From: Bugula neritina
Lineage: Eukaryota; Animalia; Bryozoa
Reading direction: 5' to 3'
Assembly: GCA_964035545.1 (NCBI GenBank)
Contig: OZ037766.1
Span: 4,578,722-4,642,721, forward strand
Length of the DNA: 64,000 bases
The translations under genes were made by a program, and so were the position numbers. Shown here piece by piece: positions 1 to 14,011 of this stretch; position 1 is the first letter of the stretch; each line of letters starts with the position of its first letter. Below the pieces are notes generated by a model. That model worked only from the letters and a program-made list of their open reading frames with translations, made no database searches and was not told the DNA's origin.

Positions 1-141
1 GGAAAAAATGCATATAAATGCCATGTAATCTGATCTACTAGTTTACCTATTAATGAAGCATACATGTAAAAAGTCTGATGAATGTGAAAGGCACTAGTAC
101 TAATAGTTCAGAAGGAAATTTTGAAGTTGTCTCATCTTCAG

Positions 142-3100
142 ATATCAAAGTTAAGGGAACAATTAAAGCAGCAGAAGAAGCAGATAGAGACTGAGGAGTC
201 AGATAGAAAGAGTCAACTGCACATCATGAAGAACACATATGAACAGGCGTCCAGTGATAAGAACAGAGTCATAGAGTTGTTTGAGTCGGTGGTGAGAGAG
301 CAGGAGTGCGAGCTAGAGGAGTTACGGAAAATCTCCGACACTCGCGGTGAGGGAGATGTTTGATCTATGTTGATGTTGTTTTTAGAAACAATTGTACAGA
401 TTTAGTGTGAGTTGAACTAACACTACAAGATACCTTAAAGAAGTTTCATAGTTTCTCTCATTAGAAGGGAGAATTTTATATTCTATTTTCTTGAAGAAAT
501 TCCGGTAATCTCAAAACATTTAATAAATTTGCTGGTCATGTTACATGATTGATATTCGGATATTGTTTTATTTAGAATTATTCATACATGGAGTGTCTTG
601 TAATGAAACTGCATATTATATATTGTATTATATATTATTTTACTATATTATATATAATTATATTATATATTATTGTATTATATTATATAAACCCGGCAGG
701 TCTAGGCACGTGCGTGGATTTTCCCAACAGTCAGGGCGGTACGGCCATCAGTCGTCTCACGACTCAACTCAATCAAGTCATTCAGGAGAAGAACGACATT
801 CTCGCTCAGTTCTGCTCGCAGCAGTCCCTCATCAAGGAGCAGCAGACGGAGGTGAAGGGGCTGCTGCGGTGTAAAGCTGAGAACGCTGACCTTCAGTGTC
901 AGGTCTCCAACCTCAACAGAACTGTCGCTGTGAGTATACGGCAGCGGTTGCTTTCATACTGGCAGCAGTTTAGCCATTTGCTGTACTCTCTCTATACAAT
1001 GGTCTATTAATGAGTAGTTTAAGGTATACGATGTACTTATAACCTAATATTTAGTGGCTAAAGTCTGGTGAATAACCTCATGTTGAATAGAGGAGAGAGC
1101 TGTAGCACTTTTATTTTATTGCATTGTATTGATTTCACTTCTCTAAGTGGTAACAGGATTGCCATATGTTGTGTGCATACGACATCAGTTTTATGGACTT
1201 GTCCACTCATTTCAATTTAGCAAATATTGTAAAAAAAATGAAATTAGTGAAAAGTTACTTTTGCTGCAACCTCATTGGTCAGTTTAAAGATGATCTGGGT
1301 TTTGCAAGTTGCAAATTTTGTCGACAGTTTAAAGTTACTTTATAATGTAGTCTGCCTGTCACGCTTACATGATAGCACTGACGGGGAGACAATTCTCAAA
1401 AATTAATTTGTGTAGCCTTTTTTTGCCTGTAATGAAACTGCGTTTGAAAAATAGTATAAACAGTTTATGTTACCGAGTGTTAGAATGAATTAGTGTTAGT
1501 TCAACTGTTGTATGTATTGAATAGACAAAACACTACACTCTATATATTGTTATAAACAAGTAACAACTTCCCTGATTCATGCTTGTTGTGACAAGTTTGC
1601 TTTGTTTGTTCTTGTCCTGTCGACTCAGCAAAGCATTTGGTGTGTTGTGACAGAATTTAACGAAACAATCTGAAGGACACAAACAGAAGTTGAGTGTCTC
1701 AGACAACGAGGTTGCTAGACTGAGATCTGAAGTAGAAAGGTTACGGCAGGCTGCAGAAACTACCCTCAGTAAACAGGCAGTAACCAAACTAGAAGAACAG
1801 AATACCAAGTTACAAGTATGTTTGACTAATCTCTGAATTCTAAACTATAATAAAGATTCTGTAAATGCTGGAGAGGATTACTCCAAATTGTGTTGAATAA
1901 TGCTGTTAATTCAGTGAGTGTATTATGATTTATATGCAGCACAACAGTTTTTATTACAAGCTAAGTAACTGTTCCCTTACTGTCAGCTCTATTTATACAG
2001 TAAACAACTATAATTGTATCTCACAATATAACATGATGAAGATAGTTGACCTTAGCATGTGTTCCTATGTGTAGGACAAGTTATTAAGGAAGGAGGCAGA
2101 GTTTGTGGAGCTGGACTTGAAACACCAGGAGAACGAGAAGCTAATCGGACAGCTAAGGCTAGATCTCAGTCAGCGAAAAGAGCAGGTAGGAGAGTCTAGG
2201 TCAAAGGTCAATGATGTCGGTTGGCTTGCTGCTTGTGTCTTTCTAAAGTCTAACTAAGTAAATTTTGATCAAAACAGATGTCAAAATTTTGCAGTAATCA
2301 TTATTACAGTTTTCTTCAAACTATTTTTTTAAATTGTAAACTTTTATACCAATTACGCTTTTTTTCTTATTAATATCAGGACTCTAAAGTTTTGTTATAT
2401 TATAAGAAACTCGCACTCTGTCAGAGTTTGTCTTCTCTTGCTACCCATGCTGCTGAAAAACAATTTTATGTGAAGTTTTTCATCTCATTGACGCCACAAA
2501 CTAAGTTTTTCTTCAGGTTGTCGAGAAGTTCGTAGAAATACCGGTGGAGAGTGAGGCGGCTAAACTCGAGCTGGCGTATTACAAGTCGGAGGCGAAAGAG
2601 TTGACTCAAACTATAAATCGTGTGAAAAATGAGCACCGAGCGGAACTCGCAGCTTGCGAGACTAGATACCAGTAAGCATTATGTCGATACGTATCATATG
2701 TTGCTGTGTGTTAGGTAATGGAGTTGTAAGTGTTTACCTGGTGTGGTTATTGTAGCTGCACATGTGTTGTTATAGGGATAATGTGGTAGTTATACACTTC
2801 AGTTTTAGTAGTAACTACTAGATGTTTTTACTGGAATAGCTGTATTGGTTGTTGTCAGTGAGACCATTGCTGGGATGCAATCAGAAATATCCGATGCAAG
2901 AGGTCAATATGAAAAGTTTTCCGCTCTGCTTAAGAACAGAGATGAAAAAGAAGAGAAGGCAAACAAGAATCAAAAAACTATTGTTGATGGGTTGGAAAAG
3001 CAGGTAACAAATTTGTGAATGCTTATATAATGCTTTTATTCAAGTAGACATAATAGTGTAAGTATCTCTTGTGTTTTTGTTCAACTTACTAAACGGTCTA

Positions 3101-6100
3101 CTGTGTGGTTAATGGTAGCTCCTTAGAGTATTCATAGTTTGATAGTCAAGCTGTACCAGGTAATAGGGAATCACAAGGTAGACCTCATGATACACTCTAC
3201 TAGTTAACTAGTCACTAATCTACTAAAACTATAAACCAGATTATATTCCACCCCCACCATCCTGCTGAAGTCTTGCGCTGTAAGTAAATGTAAGTTTCCA
3301 CTCAGTATTCAGACTAACTGTCTCTCTCATGTGTTCACAATAGTTGAGGCAGAAAAAGTCAGAGCTGACCAAGTTGAGGCAAGACATGGTAGATAAGGTG
3401 GTGGAACTGGAGCAGAGGAGAGACGCAGATCTGGAGAACCTACAGCTCAGTCTAACACAGAACATGGCTGACGCTGCCAAGGAAAACAAACGTCTGAAGC
3501 AGCGTCTAGGAGAGGTTCAGCCTCAACTTGATGAGCTGAGAGCAGATTATCTGTGAGTTTTGTTTTCTTAGGTTTATGTTGACGTCTGCTGTGCTTAGTC
3601 CTTGACATTGCTTTTATTGTAATTGTTTTGAATTTGTCTTTTGATTGATACTGATGAAATTGACCTAAAAAAGTGATGAAGTTACTTAAAAATAAGAGCC
3701 TGGCAGTGAAACAAATAATACAAGAAAAAATCTTATTTATAGTCTTTACAACTATTTATAGTTAAATCATGACTAGTTATAGTTTCACAACTATTTTCTA
3801 CACTTCAGTTTTTGAATAGCTGCAATAAAACCACACAACTTTCTCTTGACTTGGTTTTCATTTGATGGGTTGAATGTGACAAAACAATTTTATTCTACAC
3901 TTTTAATCTTCTCAATTAAAGTGAAAAAAATTAAAATATGTTATGAAAGCTGAAAGTAAGTTAGAATTTAAATACTGATACTTAAATACTTTCATGCTAG
4001 GTATTTTACCCAAGTTAATGACTAACCATTTTACTAAATTGAATACAATTCATTTTTAAATGATTACAGTCATGTGATTGAGTTTTGCTCATTTAATATC
4101 TGATAAATGCTGTAACATGTACATGTAACTTTGCTACGTTATGTTTGTGCTTGTTTTAGGCATATGCGGGAACTTTGTGTGCAGCTACAACAATTGAATA
4201 AATCAGAAACAGTTTCCGTAGCCAAGCAGTTGAATAACGCCATTTACCAAGTCAATGAGCACAACAAAGATTTGGTGAGGAAATACAGAAAAGAGGTAGC
4301 GCTCCGTAAAAAGTACCACAACGAGTTGGTTGAATTAAAAGGTTGGTATTACTTACTGAACGATTAGATATCTCTACTGACAAGTTGAAACTAATTATTA
4401 GATGAAATCATAATGATTCAGTTAATCTGAAGAATTAGTATTAATATAGGCTAATCTTGGAATTGTTTTATTTTTGTGGTTAAAAGTTAGAAAAAAATCA
4501 ATACAATTGTTGGATGCTTTGTCAGTATAAAAGTTATTTAAAGTCTTATTTATTCCTCTTTCAAGACTTCATTTTTAAATTGTAATAAATTGATTTATTG
4601 ATTTCTGCTCAAATCTATGTTGATTTGCTGTTTTCAGGGAACATCCGTGTTTTTTGTCGTGTTCGGCCCGTAATAAAAGAAGATGGCGTCTCCCCTCACA
4701 CGGTGCTGACTGCAGACGTAGATGATGAAGACGTGCTAGTGGTAGAGAACAGCAAGGGGAGGACCCAGCAGTTTGACGTCGACAAATTGTTTCTCCCTGA
4801 GATATCTCAGGAGAAGGTGTGTTGGCTGCTGGGATGATGGAGTCAGATGTGACTGAATGTTTCTGTAGTTTACTGTAGAGTATTACTGGTTGTCGCTCAT
4901 AGCTAACTGGAACATGTGTAATGTCATCGCAATTGTTGTTTGATGCCGGCAGCAACTGCCAGAGTAGTTCGAGCAGCTAATCGTGCTCTTTTATCTCGCA
5001 GGTATTTGATGAGGTAAAGGCCCTGGTGACAAGCTGTGTGGACGGGTATCACGTCTGCATATTTGCGTACGGACAGACGGGGTCTGGGAAGACCTACACT
5101 ATGGAAGGTGGGACACACACTTGTATGCATGCTGCTATGTTCATGTATGAGCTCATCATATTCTTTAGTAAACAGTGAATTGACTTGTGATGTGCTGCTA
5201 TTTGTTTGAAATTTATTATACAAATCCCTGATGTGAATTCCTAGCAGCTGTGCTGAAATTAATTAGTATTTAATGGTAGTTTCACTGCTATATTCCATTG
5301 AATGCACTATACTAACTATTATATCAACATGTGTTTGTGATATCAATTGGTATTTGGTTAGTGAGAGCTTCACTGTTACATTATATTAGCTGCACTATAT
5401 TATGTATATTATATTAGCTGCACTATATTATGTGTATTATATTAGCTGCACTATATTATGTACATTATATTAGCTGCACTATATTATGTGTATTATATTA
5501 GCTGCACTATATTATGTATATTATATTAGCTGCACTATATTATGTATGTTATATTAGCTGCACTATATTATGTGTATTAAATTAGCTGCACTATATTATG
5601 TATATTATATTAGCTGCACTATATTATGTATATTATATTAGCTGCACTATATTATGTATATTATATTAGCTGCACTATATTATGTGTATTATATTAGCTG
5701 CACTATATTATGTATATTATATTAGCTGCACTATATTATGTATGTTATATTAACTGCACTATATTATGTATATTATATTAGCTGCACTATATTATGTATA
5801 TTATATTAGCTGCACTATATTATGTATATTATATTGACATGTGTTTCTAACCAGGACCGAGCTCTGATCCTGGGATAAACCAGAGAGCTTTGGCCCTGCT
5901 CTTTGAGCAGGCAGCAGATCGGTCAACTGACTGGAGTTTTAATATAAAAGTGTCAGTTCTAGAGATATACAACGAGACAGTGCGGGACCTCCTGAGCAAC
6001 GACCCATCTGACAAACTCGATATTAAACTCAACCAGGACGGAAACTTGCATGTGCCTGGTTGGTTGCACCCAAATGTTAACTTAAATGTATAGTTTGATA

Positions 6101-7604
6101 TTTCTACCCTTCCTACTTACGGTATATGCCATGCATTGTGTACTATCAACTCGCTACTACAACTATGATATATATGTCACAGTATACACTGTGTATTGTG
6201 TGCTATCAACTCGCTACTACAGCTAGATAATGTGATGCTGTAGGTCTCTCCTGGGTCCAGGTAAATAATGTCAGCGAAGTGAATCAGACCTTCGAACTTG
6301 GACACCAAAACAGGGCGACAGCTAGCACCAATATGAATGAATATTCATCCAGGTCTCACGCACTGTTGTGTGTAGAGGTCACTGGCCTCAACAGAACCAC
6401 TGGGGCCAAGACATTGGGTAAGCTGGAGGGCATTATTTCTTCTGGAATATTCTCTAGACTGAGTTAATGTCTGATAGTAATATTTCTCATTGGAGTTCTA
6501 GTAACAGTTGGGACTAGACGCCCCCTGGTGTTTATGTGCTTCTCAAGTATAGTTCTTAACCTATCGAATATTATCCAGACTCTTGCCTCACACATCAGTA
6601 CTGAATAAAGATTCAAAGCGCGTGGTGATGGTAGCATACACTGTGTTACTACCTCCTACAGATAAACTGATTGATGGTAGCAGATAATGTGTTGTTATCT
6701 CCTGCAGGTAAGCTGCATCTAGTTGATCTGGCCGGCTCAGAGCGAGTGAGTAAGTCTGGTGCAGACGGAGCCCGTCTCAAAGAGGCTCAATCCATCAACA
6801 AGAGTCTCTCGGCACTGGGAGATGTCATTGCGGCTCTCCGTAGTAGACAGAACTTTGTGCCATATCGGAATAGTAAACTGACCTATCTTCTCCAGGAGTC
6901 TCTGGGTGAGTGTAGAGTGCTTTTGACGGGGCTAGAGTAACTTTGTGTCCGATTATTGTTACAGGAAATAATATAATGTCGTGTGTACTAGGAAGTGCTT
7001 GTAATGATACATTGTTTATAATATTTTGTGAGTAGCTATTAGCCTATAATGTATGCAATATTAAATGTTAAGTGCTTTTGCACGTGTTCTAGTTACTTAT
7101 ATGTTGTACTTAGTCTTTTGATGGTAAGTCACTTGTCCAATTTTCTTACAAAACATACCTTTCAGAATTCTTTGGCCAGTACTATTCTATGAATCTTATC
7201 TTTGTCCATCGCTTACCTCTACTGTGATCGTCAATATGCTTTAGGTGGTGACTCGAAGGTTCTCATGATTGTACAAGTTGCTCCAGTTGAACGTCACGTC
7301 AATGAAACCCTTTGCTCCCTCAATTTCGCTCAAAGGGTACGGAGTGTGGAACTTGGTGCGGCCGGCAGAAAGTTGGAGAGTGCTGAAGTCACGGCCCTCA
7401 AAGGTCGCCTAGCTCAATATGAGGTCAGTATTTTTAACAGTAATAATTGTAGAGTATTTTGTGTGTTGGAACATTGTTCACTATAATTACCCGTTTCCTC
7501 CAATCCTGTGTTTAACTTGTGAGAATTTGTTTTAGAATTCATCTCCCCTGTCAACACCCACGAAGCAGACAACACCTTATGGAACTCCGTCCAGGAGGAA
7601 ATAA
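142..7604 (+). CDS. KIFC3: Kinesin-14 family C-terminal motor protein, KIFC3-like (5' end lies before the window)
   Basis: Exons read by hand (GT-AG, phases consistent): 142-346, 700-929, 1654-1815, 2075-2185, 2517-2671, 2859-3003, 3344-3552, 4160-4341, 4638-4816, 5002-5107, 5855-6058, 6244-6417, 6708-6905, 7245-7423, 7536-7604 (TAA). Long coiled coil, then the kinesin-14 neck [24 protein letters not shown]-loop [10 protein letters not shown], switch I NEYSSRSH, switch [11 protein letters not shown], and [19 protein letters not shown] at 7928. Confidence 0.93.
5380..5836. repeat. 28-bp minisatellite, about 16 copies (TTATATTAGCTGCACTATATTATGTATA), in a kinesin intron
   Basis: Directly visible tandem units with period 28 (5381, 5409, ...). 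Confidence 0.95.
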
Positions 7605-8493
7605 ACTTATACGTTTTTAGAATTTTGCTGTCATTTTATACTGACAGTATTTTTATATACTCATTATCTGTGTTAACTGTGATGTATTATATTCTTTTAT
7701 CTTAGTTGATTTTACTGACCAATGAAAATTTACTTTTTATGTTTATTATAACTCTTTTAGATGTTGTCCTGTATTTATTATAGCAATGAATTTTAGTCGC
7801 ACCATTTAAGCATATTGATGATCTTTATAATGTTTCATGTCTAAAAAATAGTTCTTAATTTAACTCACTGTGCAACTTACCAAATTCTAACATTGATGAT
7901 TTGGTTTTGGAACTTAAGTTCACAGCAAATAAAAGTCAAATTTTACAGCTTACCACTAAATTTCTTATATTTCATTTCTTTTATGTGAAAATTCGATCAT
8001 AAACCAGAAACAGTATACGGTTTTTGTTTAAGAATTAAACTACTAAGGAGTTGGTCAATAACCATCAGTACCAGTTTATTATCTTTTTACCGTTGCCGCA
8101 AGGACTATTTTCTTTTTCACAGAAAATCAATCAGTTGCCATCACTTCCCCCCCCCCCCAGCTACTGGAATAAATTTAGTCTTTACTCATCTTATTCATTA
8201 CTCATTAATTGATACAGATGCAAATAAACATACACTATGAAGACGGCACATTTGTTCCCAACTATATAACCTCAATATTATAGAATGTTATATTCAATGT
8301 AATATGATTTGTATAAAAAATAATTTTATTTTCCTTCAATTTTATTTGTTAAAGAATATATTTTTTAAATGTATAAATCATATTGACATTAATATAAAAA
8401 ATAACTTTTAAGCAAATAAATAAAAATTGTAGAACACAAGGTTAGACACTTTACCAGTTAGATTACACGGACTAATAACTTGTGAAAATAGCA

Positions 8494-10771
8494 TCAGTTT
8501 GGTAACTCTATAACCACAGTTCCAGCTACTAAGTCATAAATGGCCCTCTTGTGCTCGTACAAGAACACCGTAAGACTGGTTGGGACAAAAAAGGACAGAG
8601 AGAAGTTCTTGATCACAGATCTAATCAGAGCACTACAAATAGAAATAGAAAATTTATAAACAGTTGAAAATAGATTTTAAAAAACTTAATAAGATTTCAT
8701 TTTTCACTTAACAATTGTGTTTACAGTATAATTGGTTACTAAAATGTATTGAGGCAGCAGTAATAATGCTCAACAGGTGCCGACATTAGATTTTAATAAG
8801 ATAATCACTTTGATAAATGAGTTGACCATGTCTACTGTAAAAGTAGTAACATCTTTTAGCTTTCAACAATGCACCAACTCCAATAGTGATAATGGAGGGG
8901 AAGGGGGGCAACACCATAAGGGGTAAGGCTATAGCATATAGAAGCAAAGTAGTGTAAATTATTGTTATACTTGTAATAATGATTTACATTACAGTGCTTT
9001 CCGAAAAAGGTCATTTAATGAGAATGACTAGCCAATGAGAATAGTTGTGTCATATTAGATCATTGTACAAACTCACTTCCGTAGCGATGGGTTTCGCATT
9101 CCAGTCACCAGAAATCGATCATTTCCCAGGGAGAAAACTTCATCACAAGAAATTACTGCTAGCCCCATAATTCTTTTACCCGGGGTAAATCCTCCCGGAG
9201 GTATTATATTGGTGACATACGCTAGACTCACACCCTGTTAATTCATAGCCTGATAGTATAATGCAATCATCAACCATTTGCATAAACATAACGAGAAAAT
9301 TTGCTGACAAATTAATATAGCATAGTTCGTATAGCATACTGGAACAAAATTTACAAAATTGCAAGCAAAATGCTTTTCGGATAACTCAGGTGATAGTTTA
9401 TTAAGTGTATTCAAACTCCCCAAAGTGGAGTCAAATTTGGAGAGTTTGAAGGGAAGCTACATACGACTTACGGACCTCATAAACAGCCACAAAAAGACGA
9501 TGTATGAACTCAACCAGGACTATTTCAGAGCTAAGCTGCATCACATCTTCTAATTCCAATTCCCCAGTTATAAAATAGGCATAGTCAAAGTCTAGTACAT
9601 GAGAAGCTCTGTAAACAGAAAACTAATACTGTATAAAATATACACGTCATCAGGGTAAGAATTATACCATAATATACAACAATATCAACGGATATTATAT
9701 CTTAATGTGATCATGAAAATGCTGCTGAAACACTGTCAAGTGCTGTATGAAATGCTTTTACTTAAAACATGCAGTAACCCTCACAAGTTTATGTAGTAAA
9801 AACATGCAGTAACCCTCACAAGTTTATGTAGTAAAAACATGCAGTAACCCTCACAAGTTTATGTAGAAAAAAAATTGGAACAAAATTATGTGAAAGTGAA
9901 ATCCACAACTGGACTAACTTGTTACTATTTTTACTCTTCATTTCCCAGTTAATCTTTTGCATTTTCTAATGTAAGAACTGAAAACAGCTGAAAAGCATAT
10001 TATATTGCTACGAATTTAGATATTACAAGCTATAAACTTATTATTACTCCTGTTAAACTTACTTGATGTCTGCAAAAGTGACCAATAAATATGTGAGGAA
10101 GAACTTTATACAGTATAAGATAACACAATCTATGCATTCGGCGGCCAATCTCTTCCCTACTGTGGGGATCTTCACCTCAGATCCTGAAATAGAATATATG
10201 TATGGGGCTACTCAACAACCACACACTACACATGTGTTTAGAGTTGCTGTAAAATCAGCCAATGAAATGAGTTGATTGGCTCAAAAATAGTTTATAAGTT
10301 ATACTTTTAATTAAAACAGTGTAATTCCAAAGTATTTTTAAAATAATTTAAAGTCTCTTCAAATGATTATAACACAAAATGGATATGATTAGTTCTAAAT
10401 TAATCATTTCAAGTCTACATCACCTCAATAAAAATACATCAATTACAATAACAATATAATAATTATAATAATACAGAAAGTGACGTAAAATGAATGTTAC
10501 AATGCTTCACATTTAACTAGAAAAAACTTTGTGCTTTACCTGCAGACAAAGGGAATGTCCTCGGAGGGGGGTGCCGTGGAGGAATTCTAGTTTGTGTATT
10601 TGTTTGTCCGAAGTTGTTAGTAGCAGCCTGATTGGTAGATGTGTATGCACTATATAAATATTGTTGGTGACAATAGCTCATCATATTGTATTGGTGTCTA
10701 GACAAATAAAGCCAGCTTCTCAGTTCTTGTGCATACTCGGACAACGGAAGTGTTCGCTTCTTTGGCTCCAT
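8494..10771 (-). CDS. FAM8A1: FAM8A1-like RDD-domain ER membrane protein (HRD1 ERAD cofactor family)
   Basis: Exons 10771-10540, 10183-10063, 9608-9476, 9234-9077, 8632-8494 (TGA). The translation contains EYAQELRSWL, IPTVGKRLAAECIDCVILYCIK, GGFTPGKRIMGLAVISCD, ALIRSVIKNFSLSFFVP and HKRAIYDLVAGTVV, matching remembered FAM8A1/RDD motifs. An acceptor at 10784-10785 implies an upstream non-coding exon. Confidence 0.88.
9765..9868. repeat. 35-bp tandem repeat, 3 copies
   Basis: AAAACATGCAGTAACCCTCACAAGTTTATGTAGTA repeated three times. Confidence 0.9.
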
Positions 10772-12806
10772 TATTCACTAATTCTGTGTTAAATTTAAAC
10801 AAGAAATACATGCTATTTGACATTAATTAAAATATAAAAAATTAAACTTTATAAAATTGAACCTATATATAACTGCAGGTGGATAATGTTTACATAAACA
10901 TACAAGTTATATTGGTGGATAAAAAAGTCATCTATTCCCAATTACCAAATGAATAAAATATTTTCTACAGTTTATCAAAAAGAATCTAATACAAATTTTA
11001 TGAATATTCTACCAATTTATGTCATTATGTTACTAGAATAGCTACTCTACTAGTATTACTATTACATTAGAATTTAAAGTTAGGTCAATCCAATTATTGC
11101 TGGTTAATAATATGCTTACGAAATAGTTGAAGAGAATAGTCTGTGCTGCAACAGTGCTGGTAACATAAAACACTAAAATAGTAAAACTAAGAGTAAGAGC
11201 AAATGACTACTTTGATTCATCACCAAAAGTCCTTTTAACCTAAAGCTAGAGATACTTGAGTGAAGAAAAAAAGACAAAATAGTAATGGATACTACGCATA
11301 TAGTTATACACTTTCTTACTATAAATTGATATACCCTTTGTAACAATTAGAGTGAAAGAGATATAAAAGTTACAATTAATTTTATTAACTTTTAAAAACT
11401 TACATAATGATAATTACAAATACATAAAGCCAATATCAACTCTAACTTAACACGTAGTACATTAACTTATAGCCTAAGTTTACTATTACTACTATAAGTA
11501 TAAGATTAAGTATTGTCTTATATTTACACTTATAGCTATATCTATTCTTATTGCCTATTGAATTTGATATTCACCTAACCACAACCATAATGATAATCAT
11601 ATCGATATTTTAATTTATAATCATAATGATAACCTTAATGAACAGTCTAAGTATAAGTATTAGTACTACTATTAGTATTAATTATAACTTATGGAGTTAA
11701 ACTATAAAAGTACAACTATAAGACCTGTAGGTATTTTAAAATAGTACCTTAATTTCAATCTGCACAGTGCATAGATAGTGATACTGATAGTCATAAGTAT
11801 AGCTGCATACTATTAGTATTACTATTAAAATGTTTTAAATTTACCATTTTGATTTACTATTACTATTAGTATTAGTATTCAGCATTAGTATTATGCTATT
11901 AAGTTTAACTATAATAATATACTTGCAGTTTTATTATAAATATATGTAACTGTTAGTATAAGATCAAATGACTTATACTTATAGTAATAGTAAGTCACTA
12001 ACTCTAAGGATAAATGTAACACTGACAAGTTTGAGTTAATTCAACGACAACTCAAACTGAAACTGTTCCAAGTGAATCAACTTTAAGTTTAGCTTACGTT
12101 AACGTTGTTTCCATTCATTTAATTTATTATGTATATTTCATTATTTGAGTAGAGTTCAGGAGTGCAATCACTCTGAGACCTGAGTGAATCAGCATCACGT
12201 TCACTTTCAATTTGAGTTTCACACTCAGTGACACTGACTGACTCACTCTCAGTCATAGTCATGCCCATAGTGATAGATTAAACTAGCTTAAGTTTATTTA
12301 ATGAGTGGAATAAATATACTTAATATAATATTATGCCCTCATCTTATCATAACTGCAACATTTATTATAAATTATCTTACATTAACAGTAATATTAATAG
12401 TAATAATATTACTAATAATAATTATTGAAGTTGATGCAAAACTGAAAGTTCTCTAGCTGTAATACGCTGCCAGGGAAAATTTGTTTTTAATGAATAATAG
12501 AGTTATCTTACCCAGCAGTTCAACGAACGGGGCATAATGCGTACAAGTGATGGAGTTATCTTTCTTGTATCATGGAAAGAAGTGTATATCCAGCTGGTGC
12601 AGTTGCTACTGCATGCCAATTTATTATTACTTTTTAGTGTCAATGCCAACATTTGACACACTGAAATGTAGTCACTGGTATTTAAAATTTTATAAACCTA
12701 TAACTGTTGGTTCGCGTCTACAACTGTGGTCATTTACATTGTTATAAAAAGACAAGTGTAGTAGAGTTTTGACTATTACTAATATATCGATCTAATATAG
12801 CCAGGC

Positions 12807-12808
<2 letters not shown>

Positions 12809-12896
<88 letters not shown>
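12809..12896. repeat. (TA)n microsatellite
   Basis: Perfect TA run of about 88 bp. Confidence 0.98.
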
Positions 12897-12898
<2 letters not shown>

Positions 12899-13454
12899 CA
12901 TATAAATGACAAATATGCCTAAATACTGTAGACTTAACTTAAATTACTCTTCAAAGTAACTATATATTACAGACATTGATTAATGATTTGCTTAATGATT
13001 TTCATGAGAAAGATGGCAACAGAAAAACCTCCAGGTTTTGCTACTGTTTGCTGAAGTGAAGTTTAAAAAGTTTTGTATGATGCATTCAAAAACTTATATG
13101 CATACAAAAACATAGACATTAAAATCTTCTAATTTTATAAAGCCATCACCAGTATACAATTAGAATTAGAAGGTATTGAACCCCTCACCTATGATGGTTT
13201 GTTGAGGAAAAAATAAACTGTTTCAGTGAAATCAATAGACGTATATTTATCTGACTTTTGACTGATACAAAACTAAGTGAAACAAAAATTCTAAACTCTG
13301 AATATACAGTTTGTGGGAAAATAGACAATGATTGATTTAGGAACAAACAAAAAACAAGATGGTGAGTGAACAGAAATGTGTTTGCTCTCAGTTTGAGATT
13401 ATAAAGAAATTAGATACATTACACATGTGTGGTTGTACAACCTCTGTTGGTGTG

Positions 13455-13465
13455 CTACAATTCAT
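13455..13465 (-). CDS. CRELD: Predicted alternative terminal coding micro-exon of CRELD (G|AT GAA TTG TAG = DEL*), giving a KDEL isoform
   Basis: Acceptor TATTCTTTTTGATGTTGTAG precedes AT GAA TTG TAG. A phase-1 internal donor AAA G|GTAAAA at 14299/14298 yields ...NSNSEKDEL*. Confidence 0.75.
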
Positions 13466-14011
13466 CTACAACATCAAAAAGAATACTACTTCAGTCTAAC
13501 TAATAATCAGAAGCTACAATAACAAAAATCGTAGAAATAACAGCCCAGTGAGAAGGCCCACATTGTATTGACAATTCTGCAGCAAACCTAGTAAAGCAAA
13601 ATTATAAAATCAAGGCATTGTTACACAACACTGGATGTGGCATTGCAACATGGAGATCGTGACATCACGTTCACACGACAGTAATTGTGTTAGCATGACA
13701 TATATAACGAGTAACGTCACTGCAATAAGGTCAATATTGCAGTTGCCACTCAACTTATCAGGTAATGATAAGTTGAAAAAATTCAAATGAATTAAATACA
13801 ACCTGGCAAATTAAGTCAAATACCATTTAAACATTACTTTTGTATACAGCTAAATATATATTGGATCAAATTATTATGCAAACATTATGTCACCAACATT
13901 TTGTGGACACACATATTATAAGACTACGAGCACAATACGGCTAAAATAAATCAATAACTGACTTTTTTTAGTCTAAAATCTTGAATAATTACCTAAACAT
14001 TTGCCTAGTGA

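Noticed and set aside
12512-12535. uORF MPRSLNCWN* spanning the FAM8A1 first intron
   Set aside because: It depends on an unverified first exon; another donor near 12097 is equally plausible.
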